NCBI RefSeq assembly: GCF_051954455.1
Contig: NZ_JBQCHS010000024.1
Location: 44,122 to 108,121 of the forward strand
Origin: Pseudolysinimonas sp.
GTDB lineage: Bacteria > Actinomycetota > Actinomycetes > Actinomycetales > Microbacteriaceae
DNA: 64,000 nt
Reading direction: 5' to 3'
Shown here: positions 45,140 to 55,420 of the stretch, piece after piece
Layout: each line of letters opens with the position of its first letter
Position numbering within the stretch: the stretch's first letter is position 1
Made by a program: the position numbers and the translations under genes
Notes under the pieces: generated by a model
Seen by the model: only the letters and a program-made list of their open reading frames with translations
The model's database searches: none
What the model was told of the DNA's origin: nothing

Positions 45140-46437
45140 TAGAGGGGGCGACCGACCCTCCGGCGCAGGCCGTCCGCGATCGCGTGCTCGTCGCCCGTCA
45201 CGAGTTCCCCGCCGCGCACGACCCACCGCCCCGCGACCATCACGTCGCGCGGCCGCCGCCCGGGCGAGGCCCAGAGCAGGCCGGCGACCGGGTCGGCGAC
45301 GCCCGCGTCCGCGACCCCCGACACGTCCCAGACGCACAGGTCGGCCGCGGCGCCCGGCCGCAGGTGCCCGAGCTCCGGTCGGCCGAGGCCGACGGCGGAG
45401 CCGGTGGTCGCCATCGCGAGCACCTCGCGCGCCGGCAGCTGCGGTCCGACGAGCGCGGAGACCTGCAGCGCCAGTCGCGCGTCCGCGAGCAGGTGTCCCG
45501 CGTCGTTGGACCCGCCCCCGCTCGTGCCGAGCCCGACGACGACGCCGGCCTGGCGGAGCGCCGCGACCGGCGCGATGCCCCAGCCCATCGGCACGTCGCA
45601 GCCCGGCGCGTGCGTGGCGCTCGCCCCCGAGACCGCGACCCGGGCCACCTCGTCGGGGGTCGGCTCGACGAGGTGGGCGATCGTGACGTCCGGCGCGAGC
45701 CACCCCCACTCGTCGAGCAGGTCGAGCGGGCGGCGACCGTAGCGCTCGAGGGCGATCGCGACGTCGACCTGCTCGTTCGCCTGGGTGCGGCGCCGCAGAC
45801 CGTGCCGCGCGGCGATCTCGGCGAGCACCCGGAACGTCGCCTCGCCGTCGGAGTGGACGCCCGCCGGACCGACCGCGAGCTGCAGCATGCCGTCCGTGGT
45901 CCGCGCGGCGAGGGCGGCGACGATCGCCTCCGCGCTCTCCTCGACGACGTCGGGCGCATGGCGCGCGGACCCGCGGACGAAGACCAGCCGGCCCCCGAGC
46001 TCCCGCGCGGCGTCCGCCCCCGCGACGGCGATCCCGGTCGGGTCGCCGTCGGCCGGCCAGTTCAGCTGGTGGTCGGCCACCGTGGTGACGCCGTCGAGCA
46101 GACCCTCCGCGACGCCCGCGAGGGTCGTCACGCGGGCGAGCTCGGGATCCATCCCCGCGGCGGAATACGCGGTCGCCATCGCCGGCAACCAGGCCGCCAT
46201 CGGCACGCCGCGCGTGCCGGGCAGCGTGCGGAAGGCCGACTGCAGGAGATGGTGGTGCGCGTTCACGAGCCCGGCGGTGACGACGCAGCCCCCGACGTCG
46301 AGCGTCTCGTGCGGGGTGGTGGACGGGTCGGCCGGCGCCGAGGCGACGACCGTGTCGTCGATCCACAGCTCGGTCGTGTCGGAGCCCGGGTCGCGGGCGT
46401 CGCGGACGATGGCGGTCGCGCCGGTCAGTCGCAGCAT
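45139..46437 (-). CDS. Amidohydrolase-superfamily deaminase, 8-oxoguanine deaminase-like
   Basis: AGLVNAHHHLLQSAFR...VHSDGE...AHLVEP...THAPGCD...GLGTSGGGSND. Confidence 0.72.
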   Translation of the reverse strand: MLRLTGATAIVRDARDPGSDTTELWIDDTVVASAPADPSTTPHETLDVGGCVVTAGLVNAHHHLLQSAFRTLPGTRGVPMAAWLPAMATAYSAAGMDPELARVTTLAGVAEGLLDGVTTVADHQLNWPADGDPTGIAVAGADAARELGGRLVFVRGSARHAPDVVEESAEAIVAALAARTTDGMLQLAVGPAGVHSDGEATFRVLAEIAARHGLRRRTQANEQVDVAIALERYGRRPLDLLDEWGWLAPDVTIAHLVEPTPDEVARVAVSGASATHAPGCDVPMGWGIAPVAALRQAGVVVGLGTSGGGSNDAGHLLADARLALQVSALVGPQLPAREVLAMATTGSAVGLGRPELGHLRPGAAADLCVWDVSGVADAGVADPVAGLLWASPGRRPRDVMVAGRWVVRGGELVTGDEHAIADGLRRRVGRPL

Positions 46438-46457
46438 GAAACGAGCCTGACATCCGC

Positions 46458-47414
46458 ATGTGTCAGCCTGATGTCGTGCTCGAGATCGCCGACCGCCTGC
46501 TCGCCCGGCTGGACGCCGGCGCGACGCTCGCGGTCGCGACCGTCGTGCGCGTCGAGGGGAGCATGCCGCGCACCGTCGGCACCTCGATGGCGTGGGACGG
46601 CGAGCACGTCATCGGCAGCATCGCCGGCGGCTGCGTCGAGGGCGCGGTCGTGGAGCTCGCGCAGCAGGTGCTCGAGGACGGGGTGGTGCGGTCGGAGCGC
46701 TTCGGCGTCTCCGACGACACGGCGTTCGGCTTCGGGCTGAGCTGCGGCGGGGTCGTCGGGGTGCGGGTCGCGCTGCTGCGACCCGACGACCCGGTCGTCC
46801 CGCGCCTGCGCGACGCGGCGGCGGGGAGACCGGCGCGGGTCGTCATCGCGCCCGACGGCCACCGCATCGAGCTGTGCGCCGACGGGGTCGTCGACGAGGT
46901 CGTACCGCCGGCGCGGATGATCGTGCTCGGCGCCATGGAGTTCTCGGCCGCGCTCGCCGCCGCCGCCCGCGCCGTGGGCTACCGCGTCACGATCGTCGAC
47001 CCCCGAGCGCTCTTCCTCACGCCCGAGCGGTTCCCCGACGCCGAGCTCGTCGTGCGCTGGCCGCCGGAGCACCTCGTCGCGACGCCGATCGACGAGCGGA
47101 CGGTCATCTGCGTGCTGAGCCACGACGACCGCTACGACGCGGAGGCGATCCTCGTGGCGCTCCGCTCGCCGGCGGCGTTCGTCGGCGCGATGAGCTCGCG
47201 GCGCACGCTCGAGCGCCGGCGGGCCGCGCTGCGCGAGCTCGGGGCGACCGATGACGAGCTGGCCCGGCTCCACGCGCCGATCGGCCTCGACCTCGGCGCC
47301 GTCACCCCCGCCGAGACGGCGGTCTCGATCCTCGCCGAGATCCTCGCCGCCCGATCCGGCCGCGCGGGCGAGTCCCTCCGCACCACGACGGGCGCCATCC
47401 ACTCCGCCGGCTGA
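46458..47414 (+). CDS. xdhC: XdhC-family molybdoenzyme maturation protein
   Basis: ATVVRVEGSMPR...GSIAGGCVEGAV...MIVLGAMEFSAALA...LSHDDRYD...HAPIGLDLGA. Confidence 0.85.
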   Translation: MCQPDVVLEIADRLLARLDAGATLAVATVVRVEGSMPRTVGTSMAWDGEHVIGSIAGGCVEGAVVELAQQVLEDGVVRSERFGVSDDTAFGFGLSCGGVVGVRVALLRPDDPVVPRLRDAAAGRPARVVIAPDGHRIELCADGVVDEVVPPARMIVLGAMEFSAALAAAARAVGYRVTIVDPRALFLTPERFPDAELVVRWPPEHLVATPIDERTVICVLSHDDRYDAEAILVALRSPAAFVGAMSSRRTLERRRAALRELGATDDELARLHAPIGLDLGAVTPAETAVSILAEILAARSGRAGESLRTTTGAIHSAG

Positions 47415-47422
47415 GGAGCGCC

Positions 47423-50062
47423 TCACCCGACGGGGTCCGCCAGACGCCAGAGCCGGTCGCGCGACATGGGCAGCTCGGTCGGCCGCACGCCGAGGGCGTC
47501 CCGGATCGCGTTCGCGAGCGCCGGGGCCACCGGGTTGTAGGGCGCCTCGCTCATCGACTTCGCGCCGAGCGGCCCGCGCTCGTCGACCGTGTCGGCGAAG
47601 AGCACCCGCAGTCGCGGGACGTCCGAGAACTTCGGGACACGGTAGGCGCGGAAGGCGGCCTCCACCACCTCGCCGTCGCGCACCCGCACCTCCTCCTGGA
47701 GGGCCGATCCGAGCCCCTGGGCGAAGCCTCCCTCGATCTGCCCGCGGAGCTGCTCCGGGTTGAGCACGCGGCCCGCGTCGGCGGCCTGGACGGCGTCGAG
47801 CACGCGCACCTCCCCGGTCTCGGGGCGCACGGCCACCCGGAAGCCCTGGGCGTTGAAGGCGACGTTGCGGTGCGCTCCGTCCGACCTCGCCGATGCCGCG
47901 CGCGGCCCGCCGTCGCGCAGCTGCGCCGCGAGCGTCGCCGCCGCCTCGTGCACCGCAGCCCCGGCGACGACCACGCCCGTCGACCCGTAGGCGCCGGTGT
48001 CGTGCCCGGCCACGTCGGTGTCCGACTGTCGGATGCGGATGCGGTCCGGCGTCGTGCCGAGCGCGGTCGCCGCGAGCTGCGCGTGCACCGTCGTCGAGCC
48101 GTTGCCGAACTCGGCCGTGCCGACCTCGAGCTCGTACTCGGCGCCGTCCGCGCCCCGCTCGTCGAGCGCGCGGATCCGCACCTCGGCGATATGGCCGCGC
48201 GGGGGGATGGTCGCGATCATCGCGAGCGCGATGCCCGATCCGATGCGCCAGCCCGACGCCGCGAGCTCCGCCGCCTCGGCCTTTCCGCGCCCCTCGGCGA
48301 GCGCTCCGGCGACGAGGTCGAGGCACTGCGTGCCGCCGTCCGCCCCGCGGTACTCGATGTCGCCCGGGTCGTCGTGGCTCGTGAGCAGAGGCTGGCCGGG
48401 CAGCACGACGTTGCGGCGACGCAGTTCCACGGGATCCATCCCGAGCTCCCGCGCGAGCTCGTCCATCGCCGACTCGACCGCGAAGATCACCTGGCCGAGG
48501 CCGTAGCCGCGGAAGGCGCCCGCCGGCGGGTTGTTCGTGTAGACCGAGTGCGCATCCACCCGCACGTTCGCGCATCGGTAGACCGCGATCGACTCGTGCA
48601 CCGAGTGATACATCACCCCGACGCCGTGGTTGCCGTAGGCGCCGGTGTCCATCCGCTGGTCGACGTGCACGGCCGTGAGCCGCCCGTCCGCGTCGGCCCC
48701 GAGCGTGACCCGCACGCGCATGGGATGCCGCAGCGGCGCCGCACGGAACTCGTCCTCGCGCGTGAACTCCCATTGCACCGGCTGCCCGGTCGCCAGCACC
48801 GCCAGCCCGACGACCCCCTCCGTGAGCATCTCCTGCTTGCCGCCGAACCCGCCGCCGACCCGGGCCGTGAAGACCCGCACGCTCCCGGGTTCGCGACGCA
48901 GGATTCGGGCGAGCTCGTCGCGCACGAGGTACGGCACCTGGGAGGAGGTGCGCACGACGAGGCGCCCGTCGTCGTCGAGCCAGCCTCGGCTGGCGTGGGT
49001 CTCGAGAGCGGCGTGCGTCACGCGGCTCGTGCGCCAGGTGCCGGTGACCGTCGCGGCGGCGGTCGCGAGGGCGGCCGCGACGTCGCCGCGCTCCTCGTGG
49101 ACCTCGGCGACGGTGTTCCGCTCGGGCGCGGCGGCGCGCGAGTCGGCGCCCAGCTCGGGGTGCACGAGCGGCGCGCCCGGCGCGTCGGCCTCGTCCGGGT
49201 CGAGGATCGCGGGCAGCGGCTCGTACTCCACCCGGATGAGCTCCCGTGCGCGCTCCGCGAGCCCGATCGAGTCGGCGACCACCGCCGCGACCCGTTGCCC
49301 GCGGAACCGCAGGACGGGGTCGAACAGCAGGGTGTCGTCCGGGTCGTCCAGGCGGTTCTGGTGGCGGCCGGTGGAGTGGAGGACGCCGGGATCGTCGCGG
49401 TGCGTGAGCACGGCCTGCACCCCGGGCAGTGCGAGGGCCGCGCTCGCGTCGATCGCGACGATGCGGGCGTGCGGATGCGGGCTGCCGAGCACCGCCAGGT
49501 GCAGCAGCCCGCCGGTCGTCGCGACATCGTCGAGCGTGTACGGCTCGGTGCCGGTGACGACCCGCCGGGCGGCGGGGGCGGCGAGCGAGCGGCCGGCGGC
49601 GTCGCCGGCGGGCGCGGTCGTCTCGACGTTCGCGACGCCGTGCAGCGCGTCCTCGATCGCCCGGTATCCGGTGCAGCGGCAGAGGTTGCCCTTGAGGGCG
49701 TGCGGCAGGTCGGCGAGCTGCTCCGCGTCGAGCGCCGAGGCGGTCACGACCATGCCCGGGGTGCAGAACCCGCACTGGAACGCCGCCGCCTCGACGAAGG
49801 CCCGCTGGACCGGGTGCGGATCCCCCGGCGTGCCCAGGCCGGCCGCGGTCACGACCTCCGCGCCGTCGACCCGGTGCGCCGGCACGAGGCACGAGTGGGT
49901 CGGGCTCCCGTCGAGGAGGACGGAGCAGGCGCCGCAGTCGCCCGCGTCGCATCCCTTCTTGACGCTCGTGATCCCGTGCTCCCGGAGGAGGGTGCGGAGC
50001 ACCTGCCCGGGCCGCGGCTCGGCCTTGAGCGGCGCCCCGTCGACGGTCAACCGCACGCTCAT
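47423..50062 (-). CDS. Xanthine dehydrogenase-family protein with fused [2Fe-2S] small-subunit and molybdopterin-binding large-subunit domains
   Basis: The ATG at 50062. N-terminal part: [14 protein letters not shown]...[10 protein letters not shown]...CRCTGY. It continues without a stop into the a/b-hammerhead and Mo domains (GGGFGGK...; GAFRGYG...; C-terminal [18 protein letters not shown]). Confidence 0.88.
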   Translation of the reverse strand: MSVRLTVDGAPLKAEPRPGQVLRTLLREHGITSVKKGCDAGDCGACSVLLDGSPTHSCLVPAHRVDGAEVVTAAGLGTPGDPHPVQRAFVEAAAFQCGFCTPGMVVTASALDAEQLADLPHALKGNLCRCTGYRAIEDALHGVANVETTAPAGDAAGRSLAAPAARRVVTGTEPYTLDDVATTGGLLHLAVLGSPHPHARIVAIDASAALALPGVQAVLTHRDDPGVLHSTGRHQNRLDDPDDTLLFDPVLRFRGQRVAAVVADSIGLAERARELIRVEYEPLPAILDPDEADAPGAPLVHPELGADSRAAAPERNTVAEVHEERGDVAAALATAAATVTGTWRTSRVTHAALETHASRGWLDDDGRLVVRTSSQVPYLVRDELARILRREPGSVRVFTARVGGGFGGKQEMLTEGVVGLAVLATGQPVQWEFTREDEFRAAPLRHPMRVRVTLGADADGRLTAVHVDQRMDTGAYGNHGVGVMYHSVHESIAVYRCANVRVDAHSVYTNNPPAGAFRGYGLGQVIFAVESAMDELARELGMDPVELRRRNVVLPGQPLLTSHDDPGDIEYRGADGGTQCLDLVAGALAEGRGKAEAAELAASGWRIGSGIALAMIATIPPRGHIAEVRIRALDERGADGAEYELEVGTAEFGNGSTTVHAQLAATALGTTPDRIRIRQSDTDVAGHDTGAYGSTGVVVAGAAVHEAAATLAAQLRDGGPRAASARSDGAHRNVAFNAQGFRVAVRPETGEVRVLDAVQAADAGRVLNPEQLRGQIEGGFAQGLGSALQEEVRVRDGEVVEAAFRAYRVPKFSDVPRLRVLFADTVDERGPLGAKSMSEAPYNPVAPALANAIRDALGVRPTELPMSRDRLWRLADPVG

Positions 50063-50880
50063 GCCGCCAGCTCCTCGCGCAGCTCCTCCGCCAGCAGGCG
50101 CGCCATGGCGTGCCGCCAGTCGGGGGCGCCGTGCGGATCGTCGAACCACTCGCCGATCGCATCGACGGCGTCCGCGAGCTCCGCCGCGGTGGGGATGCCG
50201 GGGAAGAGGAGCCGGTGCGGGCGCGGCGTCGCGGCGGTGACGGTCGCGGTGAAGCCCGCGTCGTCCACGGTCGCGACGACCACGGCGCCGGAGCGGCCGA
50301 GCTCCGCGAGCGAGATGCGTCGGAGCGCCGAGCGGGCCCGGAGCGCGGCGGCGGGCACCTCCAGCGCCCGCAGGACCTCGCCGGGGGCGAGCGCGGTGGT
50401 GCGGTCGCCCGTCACCAGCTCGGCGACCGGCTCGCGGCGCTCGCCGCCGTCCGGCATCCAGATGAGGGCGTCGGCGCCGAGCCCGGCGAAGAGGGAGGTC
50501 ATCGGTCCGGCCGGGAGCGCGAGGCAGATGTTGCCGCCCACGGTCGCGACGCGGTGGATCTTCCACGAGCCGAGGAGCGCGTCGACCGCGGGCGCGAAGA
50601 GCGGATGCCCGCCGGCGGCCGGATCCGCCGTGGCCAGCCGCTCGAGCGTGCAGGTCGCGCCGACCCGGAGACCGCCGTCCGGCAGCGGCTCGAGCGCGGG
50701 CCAGCCGAGCCCGGTCAGGTCGACGAGGCCCCGCACGCCCGGCTGCGGCTCCGAGTAGAGCCAGGTGCCGCCTGCCAGCACGCGCTCGCCGGGCGCGAGG
50801 GCGAGGTCGCCGCGCCCGCGGGCGACCCGGACGCTCTCGACGTCGACCAGATCCATGTCGAGGGAGTCAACATCACCCAT
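50059..50880 (-). CDS. Xanthine dehydrogenase-family FAD-binding subunit (CO-dehydrogenase flavoprotein-like)
   Basis: ATGA overlap with the downstream FeS-Mo gene. LAGGTWLY...[16 protein letters not shown]. Confidence 0.82.
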   Translation of the reverse strand: MGDVDSLDMDLVDVESVRVARGRGDLALAPGERVLAGGTWLYSEPQPGVRGLVDLTGLGWPALEPLPDGGLRVGATCTLERLATADPAAGGHPLFAPAVDALLGSWKIHRVATVGGNICLALPAGPMTSLFAGLGADALIWMPDGGERREPVAELVTGDRTTALAPGEVLRALEVPAAALRARSALRRISLAELGRSGAVVVATVDDAGFTATVTAATPRPHRLLFPGIPTAAELADAVDAIGEWFDDPHGAPDWRHAMARLLAEELREELAA

Positions 50881-50952
50881 GTGTCGGCCACGTAACACCC
50901 GGGTCGGGTCGCCGCGGCGAGGGCGCCGGGGCGGCGATGCGAGGATGGACGC

Positions 50953-51423
50953 GTGGCCCGCCCGACCGACCCCGAGCCCGGGGACGACGACCTCGACGCC
51001 GAGGCGCTCACCTGGGCGGGCGACGAGGAGCAGGGGCGCGCGCGTCCGCGGCTCGCGGAGCCGGACGCCGACGCGGTCTCGACGCTCGAGGCGGCGGGCG
51101 ATGACGACGAAGCCCTCGACGAGGACGACGGCCCGGCTCCGGACGTCGCGGGCAACGTCGCGATCGCGCTGTTCGGCATCCTCTACCTGGCCGTCACGGT
51201 CGGCTGGATCTACTCGGTGCAGCTCGCGACCACGCCGCCGGGCGGATTCCCCGGGCCGGTCGTCTGGCAGTTCGGCACCTTCACCGCGATCATCGGCGCC
51301 CCCGTCTGGTTCGGCGCGGTCGTGGCGCTGACGCGCGGACGGATCGGGCTCCGGCTCGGCTGGTTCGCGCTCGGCCTGGGCCTGCTGCTGCCCTGGCCCG
51401 TCATCCTGGAGCTCGCCGGATGA
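50953..51423 (+). CDS. Membrane protein with an acidic N-terminal region
   Basis: 156 aa, GTG start, three C-terminal TM helices, high GC3. Confidence 0.5.
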   Translation: MARPTDPEPGDDDLDAEALTWAGDEEQGRARPRLAEPDADAVSTLEAAGDDDEALDEDDGPAPDVAGNVAIALFGILYLAVTVGWIYSVQLATTPPGGFPGPVVWQFGTFTAIIGAPVWFGAVVALTRGRIGLRLGWFALGLGLLLPWPVILELAG

Positions 51424-51746
51424 GCGACGACGCCCTCGAGATCGCACCTCCCGCGTCGCGCGTGACGACGTGGGTCACGGCCGTCGTGTTCGCGGTCCTG
51501 TTCGCGGCGCCGCTCTTCTACGCCGTCTCGAACCTCGTCGAGTACCCGGCCGTGGTCGGCGGCCGGACGCCGTGGTGGTTGCTGATCCTCGGGGTGATCG
51601 CGCCGGTCGCGCTCTACGTCGGGGGTCTGCTGATCGGCCGTAGGAGGACGCCGGTGCTGCGCCTCGTCGTGCTGGCGGCGGCCCTCGGGGCGGCCAATGC
51701 GCTGACGATCGCCGAGATCGCGATCGCGCCCTTCCTGCTCGCCTGA
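51420..51746 (+). CDS. Small membrane protein
   Basis: ATGA overlap with the previous ORF. Three TM helices. Confidence 0.5.
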   Translation: MSDDALEIAPPASRVTTWVTAVVFAVLFAAPLFYAVSNLVEYPAVVGGRTPWWLLILGVIAPVALYVGGLLIGRRRTPVLRLVVLAAALGAANALTIAEIAIAPFLLA

Positions 51747-51747
51747 G

Positions 51748-52152
51748 TCAGCGGAGCGCGCCGGCGAGCGGCGCGGTCGCGACGAGGACGACGGCGATGA
51801 GCACGAGCTGGAGGAGGAGCCGCGGCGTGTAGGCGATGGCCGCTCGCCCGAAGCGGCTCGGGTCGGCGGCGGCGACCGCGTTCGCCGGGAACACCGCCAC
51901 GAGGAACACGACGAGCGCGATCCCGGTGACGAACCGCAGGAGCGGCCAGGGGATCAGGAGGCCGGCCGCGGCCGCCAGCTCGCAGACCCCGGTCGCCGCG
52001 ACCAGCGCCCCGCGCCACCGCCGGAGGCGCGGGGGGATCATGGCTCGCATCCCGCGCGCGACGGCGGGCACGAAGTGCCCCACGCCCATGCCGGCGAACG
52101 CTACGGCCAGCGCGATCCGGAGCACGAGTTGCACGATCGCGAGTGGGTCCAC
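51748..52152 (-). CDS. DoxX-like membrane protein
   Basis: GTG at 52152. Four TM helices. GVGHFVP...GVCELAAAAGLLIP resembles DoxX-type proteins. Confidence 0.5.
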   Translation of the reverse strand: MDPLAIVQLVLRIALAVAFAGMGVGHFVPAVARGMRAMIPPRLRRWRGALVAATGVCELAAAAGLLIPWPLLRFVTGIALVVFLVAVFPANAVAAADPSRFGRAAIAYTPRLLLQLVLIAVVLVATAPLAGALR

Positions 52153-52224
52153 GTGGTCATGGTGCCACTCCGCGCGCCGGTAGGCTGTGGGGCACCCCTT
52201 GCTCGCCGACGTAGAGGATCCTCC

Positions 52225-53820
52225 GTGGCCAAGCCGGTCGTGCTGATCGCCGAAGAACTGTCGCCCGCCACCGTCGAGGCCCTCGGGCCCGACTTCGAGA
52301 TCCGGTCCGTCGACGGCACGGACCGTCCGGCTCTGCTGGCGGCGCGCGCCGACGCGGACGCGGTGCTCATCCGGTCGGCGACCAAGATGGACGCGGAAGC
52401 CATCGGCGCCGCCGCGCACCTCCGGGTCATCGCCCGCGCGGGCGTCGGTCTCGACAACGTCGACATCAAGGCGGCGACCACCGCCGGCGTCATGGTCGTC
52501 AACGCGCCGCCCTCGACCAGCGGGAGCGCCGCGGAGCTCACGATCGGCCACATCCTCAGCCTCGCCCGGCACATCCCGGCCGCCCACGGCAGCCTCGCCG
52601 CGGGGGAGTGGAAGCGCTCCAAGTACACCGGCACCGAGCTGTTCGAGAAGACGCTCGGCATCATCGGGCTCGGCCGCATCGGCGCGCTCATCACCGCGCG
52701 CATGCAGGCGTTCGGGATGGAGGTCGTCGCGTACGACCCGTACGTGACCGCGGCCCGCGCCCAGCAGCTCGGGGTGCGTCTGGTGAGCCTCGACGAGCTC
52801 CTCGCCGAGTCGGACTTCGTCACGATCCACATGCCGAAGACGCCCGAGACGACCGGCATGATCGCGGGACCGCAGCTCGCGGCCATGAAGAGGACCGCCT
52901 ACATCGTCAACGTCGCCCGTGGCGGCCTGATCGACGAGGCGGCGCTCGCGCAGGCGCTCCGCGACGGCGAGATCGCCGGCGCCGGCATCGACGTCTTCAC
53001 GAGCGAGCCGCCCACCGACGACGTGCTGACCTCGGCCCCGAACATCGTCGTCACCCCGCACCTCGGCGCGTCGACCGACGAGGCGCAGGAGAAGGCCGGC
53101 GTCTCGGTGGCGCGGAGCGTGCGCCTCGCCCTCGGCGGCGAGCTGGTGCCGGATGCGGTCAACGTCGCCGGCGGCGCGATCGACCCGTTCGTGCGCCCCG
53201 GCATCGCCCTCGTCGAGAAGCTCGGCCAGATCCTTGCGGCGGTCGCCGGCCACGGCCCGCTCACCGATCTCGAGGTCGACGTGCGCGGGGAGCTCGCGGC
53301 CTACGACGTCAGCGTGTACCGCCTCGCCGCGCTCAAGGGCTACTTCACCAATCTCGTCACCGAGAGCGTGTCGTACGTCAACGCGCCGGTGCTCGCCGAG
53401 CAGCGCGGGATCGCCTCCACGCTGACGACGGCCGAGGAGAGCAAGGACTACCGCAACACGACGACGCTGCGCGGCGTCCTCGCCGACGGGACCTCGGTCG
53501 AGGTCGCGGGCACGCTGTCCGGCACGAAGATGGTCGAGAAGCTCATCGGCCTGAACGGCTACGACATCGAGGTGCCGCTGGCGGAGCACCACATCGCCAT
53601 GTTCTACGCCGACCGACCCGGCATCGTCGCGGTCTACGGCAAGGAGTTCGGCGAGGCCGGCATCAACATCGCGGGCATGCAGATCGCCCGCCGCAGCGCC
53701 GGTGGCCAGGCCCTCTCGATCGTGACGGTCGACTCGCCGGTGCCGGACGAGGTGCTCGAGCGGGTGCGCACGGCGATCGACGCGGACGAGCTCCGCGAGA
53801 TCGACATCGTCGAGGCCTGA
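52225..53820 (+). CDS. serA: D-3-phosphoglycerate dehydrogenase (long form with ASB and ACT domains)
   Basis: The GTG at 52225 sits behind an agagga SD. VGLDNVD...GIIGLGRIGALI...VNVARGGLIDE...TPHLGAST, with a C-terminal ACT domain (MFYADRPGIVA...). Confidence 0.93.
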   Translation: MAKPVVLIAEELSPATVEALGPDFEIRSVDGTDRPALLAARADADAVLIRSATKMDAEAIGAAAHLRVIARAGVGLDNVDIKAATTAGVMVVNAPPSTSGSAAELTIGHILSLARHIPAAHGSLAAGEWKRSKYTGTELFEKTLGIIGLGRIGALITARMQAFGMEVVAYDPYVTAARAQQLGVRLVSLDELLAESDFVTIHMPKTPETTGMIAGPQLAAMKRTAYIVNVARGGLIDEAALAQALRDGEIAGAGIDVFTSEPPTDDVLTSAPNIVVTPHLGASTDEAQEKAGVSVARSVRLALGGELVPDAVNVAGGAIDPFVRPGIALVEKLGQILAAVAGHGPLTDLEVDVRGELAAYDVSVYRLAALKGYFTNLVTESVSYVNAPVLAEQRGIASTLTTAEESKDYRNTTTLRGVLADGTSVEVAGTLSGTKMVEKLIGLNGYDIEVPLAEHHIAMFYADRPGIVAVYGKEFGEAGINIAGMQIARRSAGGQALSIVTVDSPVPDEVLERVRTAIDADELREIDIVEA

Positions 53821-53824
53821 CGCC

Positions 53825-53892
53825 GTCCGCCCGGGGCGGACATGCGAACGCGCCGCCCGCCGGCTCGACACCGGGCGGACGACGCGTTCGCG
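53825..53892. terminator. Nested GC-rich hairpins between convergent serA and a small membrane gene
   Basis: gtccgcc-cgg-ggcggac (53825-53841), then gcgaacgcg...cgcgttcgc (53844-53892) enclosing ccgcccg/cgggcgg. Confidence 0.5.
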
Positions 53893-53902
53893 CGTGCAGG
53901 CC

Positions 53903-54154
53903 TTACGGCATCGGGTCGACGTTCGTGGTGCTGCTGCGCACGCTGTTGCCCGTGGCGGGGTCGACCGCGGTGCGCTCGACCGTCGTGGCGCCGCGGCGGC
54001 GCATCATCGCGACGAGGCCGACGATGAACAGGACGGCGCCGGCGATCATGAGGATGATGCCGATGATCCACATGCTCACCCCCGGCACCGCGAACGAGAC
54101 GCCGAACGCGAGAATCGCTCCGACGACGAACAGCAGGACTCCTCCGACGACCAT
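53903..54154 (-). CDS. Small two-TM membrane protein
   Basis: The ATG at 54154 is preceded by gaaggag. The product is MVVGGVLLFVVGAILAFGVSFAVPGVSMWIIGIILMIAGAVLFIVGLV. Confidence 0.6.
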   Translation of the reverse strand: MVVGGVLLFVVGAILAFGVSFAVPGVSMWIIGIILMIAGAVLFIVGLVAMMRRRGATTVERTAVDPATGNSVRSSTTNVDPMP

Positions 54155-54359
54155 GGTCAGCTCCTTCTTCCTGTCCGGATCCCGGACGTGGTTGCGGATG
54201 GGAAGGAAGCTATGGCCGCTGGATGAGAACGGCCTCATCTCCGGGGCGGGCGGCCCGCGGGGATAGGCTGGGACGATCGGACGACGCCCGGAATCACGGG
54301 CCTGTCGCCCTGTCTGGACGTCACCTGGGCGTTCGGTCGACCGCAACGGAACGGAGCCC

Positions 54360-55409
54360 GTGGACGTGACCCGCCGCATCGATCTGGCCGTCATCCCGGG
54401 GGACGGGATCGGGCGTGAGGTCGTGCCGGAGGCGGTCGCGACGCTGCGCGCGGCCGTCGGCGACGACGTCGACATCGACACGACGGAGTACCCCTTCGGC
54501 GCGGGGCACTTCCTCGAGACCGGCGAGATCCTCTCGGACGACGACCTCGCGACGCTGGCCCGGCACGAGGCGATCCTGCTCGGCGCGGTCGGCGGCGACC
54601 CGCGCGACGCGAGGCTCGCGGGCGGCATCATCGAGCGCGGCCTGCTGCTCAAGCTCCGGTTCGCGTTCGACCACTACGTGAATCTGCGCCCGACGCGCAT
54701 CTTCCCGGGCGTGGCCTCCCCGCTCGCCCGGCACGGCGACGTCGACTTCGTCGTCGTGCGCGAGGGCACCGAGGGGCCGTACGTCGGCAACGGCGGGCGC
54801 TTCCGCACCGACACCCCCGCCGAGGTCGCCACCGAGGTGAGCATCAACACGGCGTACGGCGTGGAGCGCGTGGTGCGCTACGCCTTCGAGCTCGCCTCGC
54901 GCCGCCGCAAGCGCCTCACCCTCGTCCACAAGACCAACGTGCTGACCAACGCCGGCCAGCTCTGGAGCCGGCTCGTGCGCGCCGAGGCGGAGCGGCATCC
55001 CGAGGTCGAATGGGACTACCTGCACGTGGACGCGGCGACGATCTTCCTCGTCACCGACCCGGCGAGGTTCGACGTGATCGTCACCGACAATCTCTTCGGC
55101 GACATCCTCACCGACTTGGCCGGCGCCATCAGCGGCGGCATCGGGCTGGCGGCGTCGGGCAACATCAACCCCGACGGCGCGTTCCCTTCGATGTTCGAGC
55201 CCGTGCACGGATCGGCCCCCGACATCGCGGGGCAGCAGAAGGCCGACCCCACGGCCGCGATCCTGTCGACCGCCCTGCTCCTCGACCACCTCGGGATGCC
55301 GGAGCCGGCCCGCCGGATCGAGGGCGCCGTCACGGCGGACCTCGCGAACCGCTCCGCCCCCCGCTCGACGAGCGCGATCGGCGACGCGATCCGCTCCCGA
55401 CTCTCCTGA
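54360..55409 (+). CDS. leuB: 3-isopropylmalate dehydrogenase
   Basis: [13 protein letters not shown]...NLRP...VVVRENTEG-like [11 protein letters not shown]...[23 protein letters not shown]. Confidence 0.93.
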   Translation: MDVTRRIDLAVIPGDGIGREVVPEAVATLRAAVGDDVDIDTTEYPFGAGHFLETGEILSDDDLATLARHEAILLGAVGGDPRDARLAGGIIERGLLLKLRFAFDHYVNLRPTRIFPGVASPLARHGDVDFVVVREGTEGPYVGNGGRFRTDTPAEVATEVSINTAYGVERVVRYAFELASRRRKRLTLVHKTNVLTNAGQLWSRLVRAEAERHPEVEWDYLHVDAATIFLVTDPARFDVIVTDNLFGDILTDLAGAISGGIGLAASGNINPDGAFPSMFEPVHGSAPDIAGQQKADPTAAILSTALLLDHLGMPEPARRIEGAVTADLANRSAPRSTSAIGDAIRSRLS

Positions 55410-55420
55410 AAGGCGCACCC

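Noticed and set aside
46425-50162. Very long alternative-frame and antisense ORFs. Examples: 46425..50162 (minus strand, 1245 aa), 47870..50758 (plus, 962 aa), 26423..29479 (minus, 1018 aa), 5916..7844 (minus, 642 aa), 60912..63350 (minus, 812 aa), 51748..53871 (minus, upstream part) and 42140..44539 (minus, upstream part).
   Set aside because: Their translations are monotonous Arg/Pro/Gly/Ala/Asp strings with no recognisable motifs. Each is fully overlapped by an ORF in another frame or strand with clear family signatures and proper GC3 bias. Stop-codon scarcity in high-GC DNA generates such phantom ORFs routinely.
54155-54359. Regulatory RNA or leader upstream of leuB (a 205-nt divergent spacer with small hairpins such as tccgg-atc-ccgga)
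   Set aside because: The hairpins are short and of the kind expected by chance in GC-rich DNA. There is no Leu-rich leader ORF and no recognisable riboswitch core, so the evidence is insufficient.
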